DNA from: Podarcis vaucheri
Lineage: Eukaryota
DNA length: 64,000 nucleotides
Direction: 5' to 3' (one strand)
Assembly: GCA_965113315.1 (NCBI GenBank)
Contig: OZ220363.1
Shown here: positions 38,501 through 53,500 of the stretch, piece by piece
How the letters are laid out: each line of letters starts with the position of its first letter
Numbering within the stretch: the stretch's first letter is position 1
Notes under the pieces: generated by a model
Database searches by the model: none
What the model was told of the DNA's origin: nothing
What the model saw: the letters and a program-made list of their open reading frames with translations, nothing else
Program-made: the position numbers and the translations under genes

Positions 38501-41500
38501 AATTAATTACATTGTTGAGAAACGAGACACAAGGAAAGAAACCTGGGGAGTGGTCTCTTCAGGGACTAATCAAACTAGAATTAAAATTCCACGTCTACAG
38601 AAGGGCTGTGAATATATTTTCCGAGTTTGTGCAGAGAATAAGATAGGCGTTGGTCCACCTCTTGATTCAAAACCAACAGTTGCCAAGGCTCTGCATGATC
38701 CACCATCTCCACCTGGTAAACCAGTAGTTAATGATATTACAGAAAATGGTGCAACTGTATGTTGGACTGTGCCAAAATCTGATGGTGGAAGTCCAATAAC
38801 TGGATACATACTTGAACGCCGTGAAATCTCAGGGAAATGGATACGTGTCAACAAATCTCCAGTGCTTGATCTGAAATTTAGAGCTACAGGCCTCTTTGAG
38901 GGCAGCACATATGAATTCCGTGTTTTTGCAGAAAACAGTGCTGGCATAAGCAAGCCATCTCCACCTTCTGATCCAATCAAAGCATCACGTCCTATGACAC
39001 CTCCTGGACCTCCCATTAATCCAAAACTCAAGGATAAGACCAGGGAAACAGCTGAGCTAGTATGGACTAAGCCACTCAAAGATGGTGGTAGCCCCATCCT
39101 GGGATATGTTGTGGAATGCCAGAAAAGCGGAACTACTCAGTGGAATAGAATTAACAAAGATGAACTCATCAGACATTGTGCCTATACAGTACCTGGGTTA
39201 ATTGAAGGAAATGAATATAGATTCCGCATTAAAGCTGCTAATATTGTAGGAGAGGGAGAACCCAGAGAATTGCCAGAAACAGTTCTTGCCAAAGACATTC
39301 TCATGCCTCCAGAGGTAGAACTGGATGTGACCTGCCGAGATGTAATTACTGTCAGAGTAGGCCAAACAATAAGGATTATAGGCAAAGTGAGGGGCAGACC
39401 AGATCCTGACATAACATGGTCTAGAGATGGCAAAAATATAACGAAAGATAAGCGTACTGACATAATTCATGAATTCCCTCATATAGAGCTGCAAATAAAA
39501 CCTGCTGTAAGAGCAGACCATGGAAAATACCTAATTACAGCTAAGAATAGCAGCGGACACGCCCAAGCATCAGCTATTGTTAATGTGCTTGATAGGCCAG
39601 GACCTTGCCAGAACCTGAAAGTAACCTATGTCACCAAAGATTCTTGCATGGTCTCTTGGGAGAATCCTGAAGATAACGGTGGCTCAGAAATTACAAACTA
39701 TATAGTAGAGTATCGTCAACCAAACCAGAGAGGCTGGTCAATAGTTTCTTCTGATCTTACTAAGAGGATAGTGAAAGCACATCTCGTTGAAAATCACGAA
39801 TACTTCTTCCGTGTTTGTGCAGAGAACAAAGTAGGCCCCGGTCCAGTTGTAGAGACCAAAACTCCAATCCTTGCTATTAACCCTATTGACAGGCCAGGTG
39901 AGCCTGAAAACCTTCACATTGCAGAAACAGGAAAGACATTTGTATATCTGAAATGGAGGAGACCAGACTACGATGGTGGCAGCCCCAACTTAACATACCA
40001 TGTTGAAAGAAAACTGAAGGATTCGGATGAGTGGGAAAGAGTGCACAAAGGTAGCATTAAGGAAACACACTATATGGTTGACAAATGCGTTGAAAATAAA
40101 ATTTATCAGTTCAGAGTTCAGACAAAGAATGAAGGTGGTGAAAGTGACTGGGTGAAGACGAGTGAAGTTGTTGTTAAAGAAGAAATTCAGAAACCTGTAC
40201 TTGATCTGAAGCTGTCTGGAGTACTGACTGTGAAAGCTGGTGAACCAATAAAAATTGTAGCAGGACTTAGAGGCAAGCCCCAACCAGAAGTATCTTGGGC
40301 AAAGGATTCTGCCGATCTATCCCAATCTCCAAGGGCCAAAATTGAAACAACTTCAGACTCATCTAAGTTCCTTCTCTCCAAAGCAAGGCGCACAGATGGT
40401 GGTAAATACGTTATTACTGCCACTAATCCAGCTGGTAGCTTTGTAGCATATGCTACTGTAAATGTTTTGGACAAACCAGGACCTGTCAGAAATTTGAAGG
40501 TGGCTGATGTTTCAAATGACCGATGCACAGTCAGCTGGGATGTACCTGAAGATGATGGTGGTTGTGAAATACAGAACTACATCGTAGAGAAATGTGAAAG
40601 CAGACGAATGGTTTGGACTACGTATTCCTCCTCTGTGCTAATGACCCATACACATGTAACACATCTCATTGAAGGCAATGAATATATATTCAGGGTCCGT
40701 GCAGAGAATAAAATGGGCACTGGTCCCCCAACAGAGACTAAGCCAATTATAGCAAAAACAAAGTATAATAGACCTGGTCGTCCAGATCCTCCAGAAGTCA
40801 CAAAGGTCAGCAAAGAAGAGATGACTGTAGTTTGGAATCCACCAGAATATGATGGTGGTAAATCAATCACAGGATATATATTAGAGAAGAAAGAGAAAAG
40901 GTCATTAAGGTGGGTTCCTGTTACCAAAAGTGCAATTCCAGAGAGACGCAAGAAAGTTACAAATCTCATTCCAGGATATGAATATCAGTTCCGTGTCAGG
41001 GCAGAAAATGAAATTGGAATTGGTGAACCAAGCTACCCATCAAAACCAACAATAGCGAAGGATCCAATAGGTACTGATCTTTCCAATATTTTTTTGTTAG
41101 TAATACTTCAATTTAAATTATCTTTCTCTGATTCACTGATATGCTTACTTCTGTACTTTTCTGTCATCTTACAGAACCACCTGGTCCTCCCATTAATCTT
41201 AAGGTTGTTGATAGCACAAAGACCTCTATCACTCTTGGATGGGGAAAGCCAGTCTATGATGGTGGTGCTCCTATTATTGGCTATGTGGTAGAAATGAGAC
41301 CCAAAACTGAAAAAGCAGGTCCTGATGAAGGATGGAAAAGATGCAATGTTGCTACGCAAGTTATTCATACAGAATTTACAGTGACAAGCTTGGAGGAGAA
41401 AGAACTATATGAGTTCCGGGTTTCTGCCCAAAATCAAGTAGGCATTGGCCGGCCGGCCGATTTGAAAGAAGCTGTTTCTCCCAAAGAAATTCTTGGTAAT

Positions 41501-44500
41501 TTTGCCAACAGGCCATTAAGTTATTTGCTATCTTAAAAATTGCTTTCAAAATATAAACTTTTAATGTTCCTTTTCAGAACCTCCTGAAATTGACTTGGAC
41601 GCAAGCCTGAGAAAGTTAGTCATAGTCAGAGCAGGATGCCCCATAAGACTTTTTGCCATTATTCGAGGGAGACCAGCACCTAAAGTTACCTGGAGGAAGG
41701 TGGGAATTGACAATGTGATCAGAAGAGGCCAGGTTGACCTGGTTGACACAATGGCCTTCTGCGTCATCCCCGATTCTACACGGGATGATTCAGGCAAATA
41801 CACTTTGACAGTTGTTAACCCTGCTGGAGAAAAGGCAGTCTTTGTGAATGTCCGTGTCCTTGGTGAGTTATGTCAATAATTTTAACATCTATTAATTTTT
41901 GTTCTGTGATTTATGAATGTATTATTCATTGCAATTTCTTTTCCATGAGACTCTGCCCACTTACTTTGAATAAAGGTAAAGGTAAAGGTACCCCTGCCCG
42001 TACGGGCCAGTCTTGACAGACTCTAGGGTTGTGCGCCCATCTCACTCAAGAGGCCGGGGGCCAGCGCTGTCCGGAGACACTTCCGGGTCACGTGGCCAGC
42101 GTGACGAAGCTGCTCTGGCGATCCAGAGCCACACACGGAAACGCCGTTTACCTTCCCGCTAGTAAGCGGTCCCTATTTATCTACTTGCACCCGAGAGTGC
42201 TTTCGAACTGCTAGGTTGGCAGGCGCTGGGACCGAACAACGGGAGCGCACCCCGCTGCGGGGATTCGAACCGCCGACCTTTCGATCGGCAAGCCCTAGGC
42301 GCTGAGGCTTTTACCCACAGCGCCACCCGCATCCCTACTTACTTTGAATAATTGTGGCCTAATATTGGTTGTTTTTTGTTTCCTTTCCTCCAATAGATAC
42401 TCCTGGACCTGTAGCAGAGCTCAGTGTCAAGGATGTCACAAAAACATCCTGTCAGGTTTCATGGACTCCACCTGAAAATGACGGCGGTAGTCCTGTAACA
42501 CATTACATCGTGGAAAAACGGGAGGCTGAGAGAAAGACCTGGGCAAAACTTACCGATGATGTAAAGAAGACTAGTTTCAAGGTTTCTAATCTTATGCCAG
42601 GAACTGAGTATTTCTTCAGAGTCATTGCTGTCAATGAATATGGCCCTGGTGTTCCAAGGGACACGCCCAAACCAATCCTGGCATCAGATCCGCTAAGTAA
42701 GTATTTATTGATGTAGCTGTTGTATTATTTCATTCAGGAAATTCAGATTTTGTATGATAGTTCAGATAGTCAAAATCAGTTGTCACTGCGCATAATAATA
42801 AATAATAATAATGGATAAATAAGTTCATGAGATAACTTCTCCTCCCTGCACTTATTTAATTGACTTGTTGTTTGGCAGATCTTCTATTTGCTATATTTCA
42901 AAGAATATAACCTGTCCACAAATACATTGCCAGCTGAGTCTTCTTCCAGGATGTGGAGGCAATGTGTGGATCACAAAAAACAATCAAACCAGAATAGAAG
43001 TACCGTATTGGCCTGAATATAAGCCTCACTTTTTCTCCCAAATTCTAACTGTGAAAAGTTAAAGTGCGGCTTAAATTCGCAACCTTACAAAAATTGGCTT
43101 TTACGATATTGTTGCTAAAACAGATATACGGTAAAAAGAAACGGGTGTGAGTGCCTGTGGAATTTTAAGGGAGCAGTTTATATTCTGGTATTCTTTTTCT
43201 CTTTCCCCCTTAAATTTTAAAGGTGCGGCTTATAGTTGGGTGCGGCTTATATTCGGGCCAATACGGTACTACAAAGGTCAAAGAAACCACTGGTCTCATG
43301 ACTTATGTATTCAAATGAAAAAATAAAATAGTACAATATATTCTGTGTTTCCCCGCCCCCAATAAATCATGAGAAGATGTAATGATCTTAGAAATTATGT
43401 AAACTAAGCATTTGCCTGCCTGTTTTATTTTTAAGGTGAACCTGATCCTCCAAGGAAACTTGAAGTGACTGAAATAACAAAGAACAGTGCTACTTTAGGG
43501 TGGTTGCCACCATTGCGTGACGGTGGTTCCAAAATTGATGGCTACATCATTGCATATCAAGAAGAGGGTCATGCTGAGGATCACTGGACACAGTACTCCG
43601 TTGTCAAAGATCTTCATATTGTTGTTGCTGGCCTAAAGGAAGGAAAGAAATACAAATTTAGAGTGGCTGCAAGGAATGCTGTAGGAGTAAGCCAGCCAAA
43701 ACAAACTGAAGGCATCTATGAAGTTAAAGAGCAACTGAGTAAGTACCTAACTATGACCACTTGTACAACTGAAATATAATTCAATTATTTTGATTTTGTA
43801 TCTAAATTTTGGATGTCACCTCTTAAAGATATTTAAAATTAGGTCCTGTCACGTAATCTGATGTCTTTAGTGACATTCCTTTTTTAATGGGTTTATTGGT
43901 TTTTCCCCAAAACAGCAACATACAAACAAGACATTCAAAAGGGTCTACAAAAAAACTTCACAAATAGGCTCATTGGCTCTGCGACCTTCTATAGCAATGT
44001 ATTAGGTGTTAATTCTGGCCTGAAGAGTACTGAATGTGGGTCCCAGGCCCAGCAGGCAGTTTCTTAATAGTTCGCTTCATTTATGCACAAGTTTGCCTTA
44101 AAATTTTGTGCATCTCCCCATTATAAGATGTTGTGAAGCTTTCTGCATCTGAAGAATAGGACAGCTATACAGTTAATTAAATAAGATAGCACACTGCTCA
44201 GACCTTAGAATAAACCTACAAAAGAAGCTAGGAGGAAATGAATCAGGGATAGTATATTTCAAGGATATTAGGGGGAATACAATTTATCAGGGCTAGTTCC
44301 TTGGTGACTATTTGAAAACAAAGTTTTTGGTTGGTTTGGGGACGTAATATCAGACCTTTTGCCTTACTTCTGCAGAATATAGATCAGAAGTGGCTAGTCT
44401 GGGGCCTAGCCACACCTCCAGACACTGTTGGACTGCAACTCTCATTTGCTGCAGCCAGCATGGCCAGTGGCTATGGGTGTTGGAAGTTGTTGTCCAACAA

Positions 44501-47500
44501 CATTTGGAGAGTTGCAGGCTACCCCCAGTCAAGAGCATGTAAGCTGTCAGGAGACTGACATTTGTTTTCAGGGGGGAAATGCATGGTTGTTTCAAGTAAG
44601 AATGATATCAGCTTAAGATTGTGAGAACTAATTCAAAATACATATACATAAGTTATTAATTTTTGTGTGTGACCTATGTGTCTGTTTCCTATCGTTTGAT
44701 TTTTAATTTCAGTGCCACCTAAGATTCTGATGCCAGATCATGTCAATATAAAGGCTGGGCAGAAACTCAGGATTGAAGCACATGTTTATGGGAAACCCCA
44801 CCCGACATGTAAATGGATGAAAGGAGACAAAGATGTGGCAATATCCAGCCGCCTGGCTGTGCATAAAGCAGACAGCACTTCGGTTCTCATCATTAAAGAT
44901 GTAATTAGGAAAGACAGTGATTATTACAGTCTAACAGCTGAAAACAGCTCGGGAGTAGCTACTCAGAAAATCAAAGTGGTCGTCATGGGTACATTGAATC
45001 TTCTTTTCCATGCTTACTTCTCAACATTCTTAACATGATTCATCAATGAGCATGACCTTATTTATACCTCTATGTTTATCTCTTTCTGTAGATATCCCTG
45101 GTCCACCACAGCCACCATTCGAAATTTCTGACATAGATGCTGATGCTTGCTCTTTGTCATGGCATACTCCTCTTGAAGACGGTGGTAGCAACATCACCAA
45201 CTACGTGGTTGAGAAGTGTGATACCAGTCGAGGAGACTGGATAACAGTGGTAGCTTCTGTTACAAAGACGAATTGCAGAGTTGGAAAACTCACCCCTGGA
45301 GAAGAATACATGTTCCGTGTTCGTGCTGAAAACCGATTTGGAATTTCTGAACCGCTTCCGTCCGATAAGATGATTGCAAGGTTTCCATTTGGTATGTCCA
45401 CCTTAGACAATGGTGCAGTCTTTATTAGAATACTTCTAAGGGTGAAATGATTTTTTTTTTAATTCTCATCTCTTTCTCTACAGATGTTCCTAGTGAACCA
45501 AAGAATGCACGTGTTACCAAGGTGAACAAGGACTGTGTTTTTGTGGCATGGGACAGGCCAGACAGCGATGGAGGCAGCCCAATAACTGGTTATCTCATTG
45601 AACGTAAAGAAAGGAACAGTTTGCTTTGGGTGAAGGCCAATGATACACTTGTGCGATCCACAGAATACCCATGTGCAAATTTAATTGAAGGCCTTGAGTA
45701 CACATTTAGAATCTATGCTCTGAATAAAGCTGGTGCAAGCAAGCCTAGCAAACCAACAGATTTTATTACAGCCAGAACACCAGTTGGTAAGCAAAACATT
45801 TGCATACATTGCATTATGTATAACTATTATTGTTAATACTGAGCTGACTTAAGTACCGTAACATTAGGATAATATGGCCAAAGCTAAACCTTCTTAAACT
45901 GCACTGATTTCAACAAGGAAGGTAAGCATTTGCTTACTGAATTCCAATGAAAAGCCTTGCTTTTGGCTAGATTGTGCCCAAAGTTTAATTTCTCTGGATT
46001 TAAAAAGAAAGAAAGAAATATACCATGGCTGTTCAGTGATATGCATCTTTTGTGTTGTGACATTTTCTATCAAATGCCATAGAATAAACCTGACCTCATT
46101 TGTTTTTAGATCCCCCTGGCAAACCCGAGGTTATTGATGTCACTAAGAGTACTGTGTCTCTTGTCTGGGCAAGACCAAAACATGATGGCGGTAGCAAGAT
46201 ACTTGGCTATTTTGTTGAATCCTGTAAACTGCCTGGAGAAAGATGGGTACGATGCAATACCACTCCCCATCAAATACCCCTGGAAGAGTACACTGCAACT
46301 GGTTTGGAAGAAGGTGCACAGTATCAATTTAGAGCCATAGCAAAAACAGCAGTGAACATTAGCTGGCCTTCTGAACCTTCCGATCCAATAACCGTTCAGT
46401 CAGAAAATGGTAAGGAACGCATTTGAGTACCATTAGAATTGAGCCATACTTTATCCTTCTCATTGTTATGTGCTCATTGGAATGTATTTCCCCCCCTCCC
46501 CTTCTACATTTTTTTTTACACTGCAGTACCACCAAAAATAGAACTCGGTGTAGCTATGAAATCCTTGCTTGTAGTAAAAGCTGGAACCAATGTTTGTCTT
46601 GAGGCCAATGTGTTCGGCAAGCCTATGCCAACTATTAGTTGGAAGAAAGATGGGGAGATCCTGAAGCCAGTTGAAGGAGTCAAGATAACCACCAAGAGAA
46701 ATTTATCTACTGTGGAGCTCTTCAGCGTAAATAGAAAGCAAACAGGAGATTATACTATCACAGCTGAAAATGCAAGTGGTTCCAAATCAGCAACTATTAA
46801 ACTTAAAGTACTAGGTAGGCTAAAAGTTCATTTGAATCAGTGTATTTAAACTTCAGGAAATGTAGCAGTTGTAAGACTTCACTCACCGCCTATTTTTTCT
46901 TTCCCAGACAAGCCTGGTCCTCCAGCTTCAGTTAAGATTGTAAACATGTACACAGACCGAGCAATGCTTTCTTGGGAACCTCCTCTTGAAGATGGGGGCT
47001 CAGACATTACTAATTACATTGTCGACAAACGGGAAACAAGCAGACCCAACTGGGCTCAAGTCACCGCCAATGTCCCCATCACTAGCTGCAGCGTTGAGAA
47101 ACTGATTGAAGGACATGAGTACCAATTCCGCATTTGCGCTGAAAACAAATACGGAGTAGGTGACCCAATTTTGACTGACTCAGCAGTGGCTAAGAATCCA
47201 TATGGTAAGCTTCTCTCACTGGATTTTTCTATCTATTTAGTGTCAATCTATGTTTTAACATTTGCTTAAGAACATTTCAAATTATTATTTATAGATGTGC
47301 CTGGACCATGTGAACCACCTATAATTAGTAACATAACGAAAGATTTCATGTCGGTAAGCTGGAAAGCACCTGCTGATGATGGCGGCTCCCCTGTAACTGG
47401 ATATATTGTTGAAAAACGTGAAACGAGGGCAGTTAACTGGACAAAAGTGAATAGAAAGCCCGTCATTGAAAGAACCATAAAGGCCACTGGACTCCAGGAA

Positions 47501-50500
47501 GGAACAGAATATGAGTATAGGGTAACTGCACTGAATAAAGCTGGACCCGGCAAACCTAGTGGAGTATCTAAAGCAGTATATGCGCGTGATCCTCAGTGTA
47601 AGTTGAACACAAGCACATTTTTCGGTCTTCTGTGACTTTGTGAGTGTGTGCAAATGGGTTTGCCAGATCATAATTGTGTAATTTCTTGGTGCTTTCATTC
47701 TCAGATCCTCCTGGCCCACCAGCGTTCCCAAAAGTGATTGACACCACCCGTAGCTCTATAACCCTGTCTTGGACCAAACCAGCATATGATGGTGGAAGCC
47801 CCATTATTGGCTACCTTGTTGAAGTAAAACGAGCAGATACAGATAACTGGGTCCGGTGCAATTTGCCAAGGAATTTGCCAGATACCCGTTACGTTGTGAC
47901 TGGACTCACGGAGAACACAGAATACCAGTTCCGCATTTATGCTGTCAATAAGGTTGGATATAGTGACCCAAGTGATGTGCCAGACAAGCACATGGCCAAG
48001 GACATTTTAAGTAAGTTGTCCTGAAAAGAAATTGACTTGTTTACTTTCGTGCATATTGTGGGTATCGGTATAGAAGGTTTAGTGGAGGGCCTATGAGAAA
48101 CTAGGGGCTCTGTGCTGAACTGTTTCATGAACTCACATATGTCTAGTCTTTAAACCACTATTCCCTCAGTTGTTAAAAACCACACAATCTAGCCACATGC
48201 TCCTCATTCTGCTCTGTTTCTAAAATTTTCTTGAGAATGGAATCCTCAGCTTTTCTTTCCATTTGCACTATCATTGTTGTACATTTTCCTCTACCCAGAA
48301 ACACACTTGCTCTTTCTCTGTCTTGTGTGAAAGAAAACAATGTCCTCCTTCTGAATAATAATGCAAAGGTATCATGTTTTGAGTGCAAGGCAAGCACACT
48401 TTCCCAATGGGAAGCTCCTAGATAGTTGTAGAAAAGTAGGGACCGCAACTTGACTGAAAGTATAGAGTGGATTCCTCTCAAAACAAAGAGAGAGAGAAGA
48501 ATATGAGAAACCACTGGTGTCTGGCCGGGTGGCATGAAAACTGGCAATTAGGGAAGGAAGGTTAGAGTAACATTTAGAGAGATTTCCTCTCTTTTACTCA
48601 TCCACTTGCTTTTTCTAAAAAAGAAAAAAGAAAGCCTGAGCTTTATTCCCCCTAACATCATTGCTTTGTATTTTCTCTCTCTTTCCTTTCCATTCCCATC
48701 ATGCCTCAGCCACTGACACTGATTTTATTATATTTTAAATTGTTATCATCAGCAATTTATTTGACATCTACTTTTATTTACAATGCAGTTCCACCTGAGG
48801 GAGAGCTTGATGCTGAATTGAGGAAAGTTCTGGTATTACGTGCTGGAGTCACAATGAGGATTTATGTGCCCGTGAGAGGCCGTCCACCTCCCAAGATTTC
48901 TTGGTCTAAAGTGGATGCCAACATAAGAGACAGGCAAGGACTAGATATCAAATCAACTGACTTTGACACTTTCCTGCGCTGTGAAAATGTAAATAAATAC
49001 GATTCTGGAAAATATGTCCTGAGTCTGGAGAACGTCTGTGGCAAAAAAGCATACACAATGGTTGTAAAAGTACTTGGTAAGTGCTACGTGATTGCCTATT
49101 ATTGTCTTAACTATCCATACACGTTTTATTTTATATATTTTAGTCATTAACTGAAATGGTTTATTTGCATCTGTACAGATACTCCTGGGCCACCTATTAA
49201 TCTGATTGTAAAAGAAGCATCTAAAGATTCTGCCTTTATTTCATGGGAACCTCCTATAATTGATGGCGGGAGTCCAGTGAAGAACTATGTGGTTGAAAAA
49301 CGTGATGCAGAGAGAAAGTCGTGGTCTACAGTAGCCACAGAGTGTCCGAAAACAAGTTTCAGGATCTCTAACCTGGAGGAAGGCAAATCTTACTTCTTCA
49401 GGGTTTTTGCTGAAAATGAATATGGCATTGGCGACCCCTGTGAAACTCGTGATGCAGTTAAAGCTTCTGGTGAGAATATTCACATGATTACCCTATCAGG
49501 CTATTGTTAAAAGGCTCTTTAGCTATTTAGCTAGAGAAGGAAGCAGTTTCCGCCTGAAAATCCCTATTCTAACTTTATATTAGAGATTTGTTCATCATTA
49601 TATTCTTTTCTCCCTGCTAGAAACACCTGGACCTGTTGTGGACTTAAAGGCTTTGGCTGTGACAAAGTCATCCTGCAATGTATCGTGGAAAAAGCCCATT
49701 AGCGATGGTGGAAGCCGCATTAATGCATATATCGTTGAACTTATGACTGGTGAAAATCAGTGGCAGGAAGTTATGAGGTCAAAGAATCTCCAGTATTCAA
49801 CAAGAGACTTAACAGAAGGCAAAGAATATACCTTCAGAGTGAGAGCACAAAATGAAGCTGGGTATGGAACACCTAATGAAATTACAGTGCTGGCAAGGGA
49901 CGATATAGGTGAGTAGATTCATACATTTTCTCGTTCACAGAGCACACTGCATATGTCAGTATAGTGAACAATAGAACTACCCCATGAGATAGTCAAGCCA
50001 GTCTAATAAAGCAAAAATAGCAGAGGTGTCACAAAACCTTTCGTTCTTTTACAGAACAGAAGTTACTGAAGTTCACTGCACTGAGCATACAATAATAACA
50101 ATATTATAATAATAATTTATTATTTATACCCCGCCCATCTGGCTGGGTCCCCCCCAGCCACTCTGGGCAGCTTCCAACAAAACACTAAAATACAATAACC
50201 TATTAAACATTAAAAGCTTCCCTAAACAGGGCTGCCTTTAGATGTCTTCTAAAAGTTTGGTAGTTATTTTTGTCTTTGACATCTGGTGGGAGGGCGTTCC
50301 ACAGGGCGGGCGCCACTACCGAGAAGGCCCTCTGCCTGGTTCCCTGTAACTTGGCTTCTCGCAACAAGGGAACCTCCAGAAGGCCCTCGGCGCTGGACCT
50401 CAGTGTCCGGGCTGAACGATGGAGGTGGAGACACTCCTTCAGGTATACTGGACCGAGGCCATTTAGGGCTTTAAAGGTCAGCACCAACACTTTGAATTGT

Positions 50501-53500
50501 GCTCGGAAATGTACATACAATCATTCAATACCTTTTTGTCTTCCAGTGGCACCTGATCTTGATTTAAAAGACCTGCCAGGCTTGTGCTATTTAGCTAGAG
50601 AAGGAAGCAGTTTCCGCCTGAAAATCCCTATTAAAGGCAAACCAGTGCCAACGGTGACATGGAAAAAAGGGGAAGACCTGGCTCTTACTGAGACAGGAAG
50701 AGTTGCATTTGAAGCTACAGCAGTTAACACCTCACTCCTTGTACGTGATTGTCATAAAGATGATGCTGGGAAATATACAATCAAACTGAAGAACATTGCT
50801 GGCAGTAAAGAAGCGACTATTTCTGTGAAGGTTGTTGGCAAACCTGGAATCCCAACAGGACCTGTGAAATTTGATGAAGTCACAGCTGATGCCATGACAT
50901 TAAAATGGGCTCCTCCCAAAGATGATGGTGGTTCAGAAATCACTAACTACATTATTGAGAAGAGAGACAATGTGAATAATAAATGGGTCACATGTGTGTC
51001 TGCTGTGCAGAAAACTACCTACAGAGTCACAAGACTTCATGAAGGCAGTGAATATACTTTCAGAATCAGTGCTGAAAATAAATATGGAGTCGGCGAAGGT
51101 CTTAAATCTGACCCAATAATCGCAAGGCATCCATTTGGTAAGCACAAAAAATATGTTTGTTGTGAAGCATTCTGTCATTTAAGGTTCAGTCTAATTCTCT
51201 CTTACATTTATTATATTTCTAGATGTTCCCGATGCTCCACCACCACCCAAAATTGTTGAGATTAGGCGTGATTCTGCCTATTTAACATGGACAGACCCCA
51301 AAAAGACAGGTGGCTCACCTATCACAGGTATTTCTTTTGACATTTAATTTTGCATAAGATTCCCCAAGGTGTTAAATCTTAGGATCACAAATGACAATCA
51401 TGATGTAACACATGTTCCTACCCTCCACCAGCTTTTGCAATGTCCAGACCCAACTAACGTCAAGGCTCTGGTGTCTGTAAGGCCCGAGGGGGGCATGTTG
51501 AGAAGCAGCTTAGATTCAAAGCTTTCCAGTGCCACAAATCAGGGTGATATTGAGCCACATTTCCAACGGGAGGGGAAAATACAAGTGACAAAAGAGTGCA
51601 GAGTGTTCCTCTGCCCTGCTGGCTTAAGCCTGGCATGGCAATGGATAAGGCAGTGGAGCTATCTTCATATTTCACTACCACCACCTCAGGATTGTACTGC
51701 AAAGCTTGTTAAGTAGCCAGTTGCCTGATGTCCTGCGATGGTGACAGAAACTGCTCAGAGATATCAGACAAAGATGCCTTTGCAAAATAAAAAAGTTGGT
51801 TCCTATCCACCCCCATTTTTGTTTACCTTTTGAAATACTAAGCATGTGCTTCCTGTGCTTGTATGCTTCTGTAGGTTACCACCTTGAATATAAAGAAAGA
51901 AATAGTATTTTGTGGAAGCGAGCAAACAAGACCCCACTAAAGATGAGAGACTTCAGAGTGACAGGGTTAACGGAAGGTTTGGAATATGAATTCAGAGTGA
52001 TGGCAATCAATCTTGCTGGAGTTGGTAAACCAAGTCTGCCTTCTGAGCCAATTGTAGCCCTTGATCCAATTGGTAAGCTTCCCAAAGTAAAGAGATAAGT
52101 CTTCATGTGTTAGAAAACAGTGATATACACTTTTACTACTTCTGTATTCTGCTGTTTTCAGATCCTCCTGGGAAGCCTGAAGTTATCAGTGTGACTAGAA
52201 ACTCAGTGACTCTGATCTGGACAGAACCAAAATATGATGGTGGACATAAATTAATTGGCTACATAGTGGAGAAACGTGATCTACCTTCAAAGACTTGGAT
52301 GAAGGCAAACCATGTGAATGTTCAGGAATGTGCATATACAGTAACTGACCTTTTTGAAGGATCTAAATATGAATTCAGAATTAGAGCTAAGAATACCGCT
52401 GGTGCTATTAGTCCTCCATCAGAATCTACCGGAGCCATTATATGCAAGGATGAGTATGGTACGTATTCCCTGTAAAGGCACACACCAGTTTTTAATATTT
52501 TAGGTATCTTCTTTCCTAACATATTAATTCTCTTTTACAGAGGCACCAACTATTGTTATTGATCCTACTGTCAAAGAAGGCCTGACTGTTAAGGCAGGAG
52601 ACACCATCTCAATGTCTGCTATTAGCATCCGTGGCAAGCCACTTCCAACTTCAGTGTGGTCTAAAGGAGGCAAAGATTTCAAGCTTTCAGAGACTGTTCA
52701 TATTGAATCAACTCCAACTTCTTCAACGCTTTCTGTCAAGTATGCCGCTAGAAAAGATTCTGGTGAATATACGATCACTGCAACCAATCCTTTTGGTACT
52801 AAAGAAGAACACGTACATGTAAAAGTTTTAGATGTACCAGGCCCACCTGGACCAGTTGAAGTGAGCAACGTTTCAGCTGAAAAGGCTACTCTCACATGGA
52901 CACCCCCAACAGAAGATGGCGGGTCACCAATCAAGTCTTATGTACTTGAAAAGAGAGAAACTAGCCGCCTTCTATGGACTCAAGTTGCTGAAGACATTCA
53001 GTCTTGTAGGCATGTTGTGACTAAGCTTATTCAAGGAAATGAGTACCTTTTCCGTGTTTCTGCTGTGAATCAGTATGGCAAAGGAGAACCATCTCAATCA
53101 GAGCCAGTTAAAATGGTGGATAGATTTGGTAAGCAAAACTAGTCAAAAGGTATATGAATTTACTGCTGTAAAAATAGAAAAACGTTTATGTGTTTATCAA
53201 AATCTGTTTTCCTCCTTTTAGGGCCTCCTGGTCCACCTGGTAAACCAGAAGTATCAAATATTACGAAAAACACTGTTACTGTGACCTGGAAAAGGCCAAC
53301 TGATGACGGTGGCAGCGAAATCACAGGCTACCATGTGGAAAGAAGAGAAAGAAAAGGCGTGAGATGGGTCAGAGTTACAAAGAAGCCAGTATCAGACCTT
53401 CGATGCAAAGTGACTGGGCTCCTAGAAGGAAATGAATATGAATTCCGTGTCAGTGCAGAAAACAGGGCAGGAATTGGCCCACCAAGTGATATTTCTCAAC

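Noticed and set aside
50270-51259. 329-aa ORF fusing antisense L2 sequence to exon ~320
   Set aside because: Chance open frame through a TE. A normal acceptor exists at 50545-50546 and the ORF begins at a non-ATG codon.
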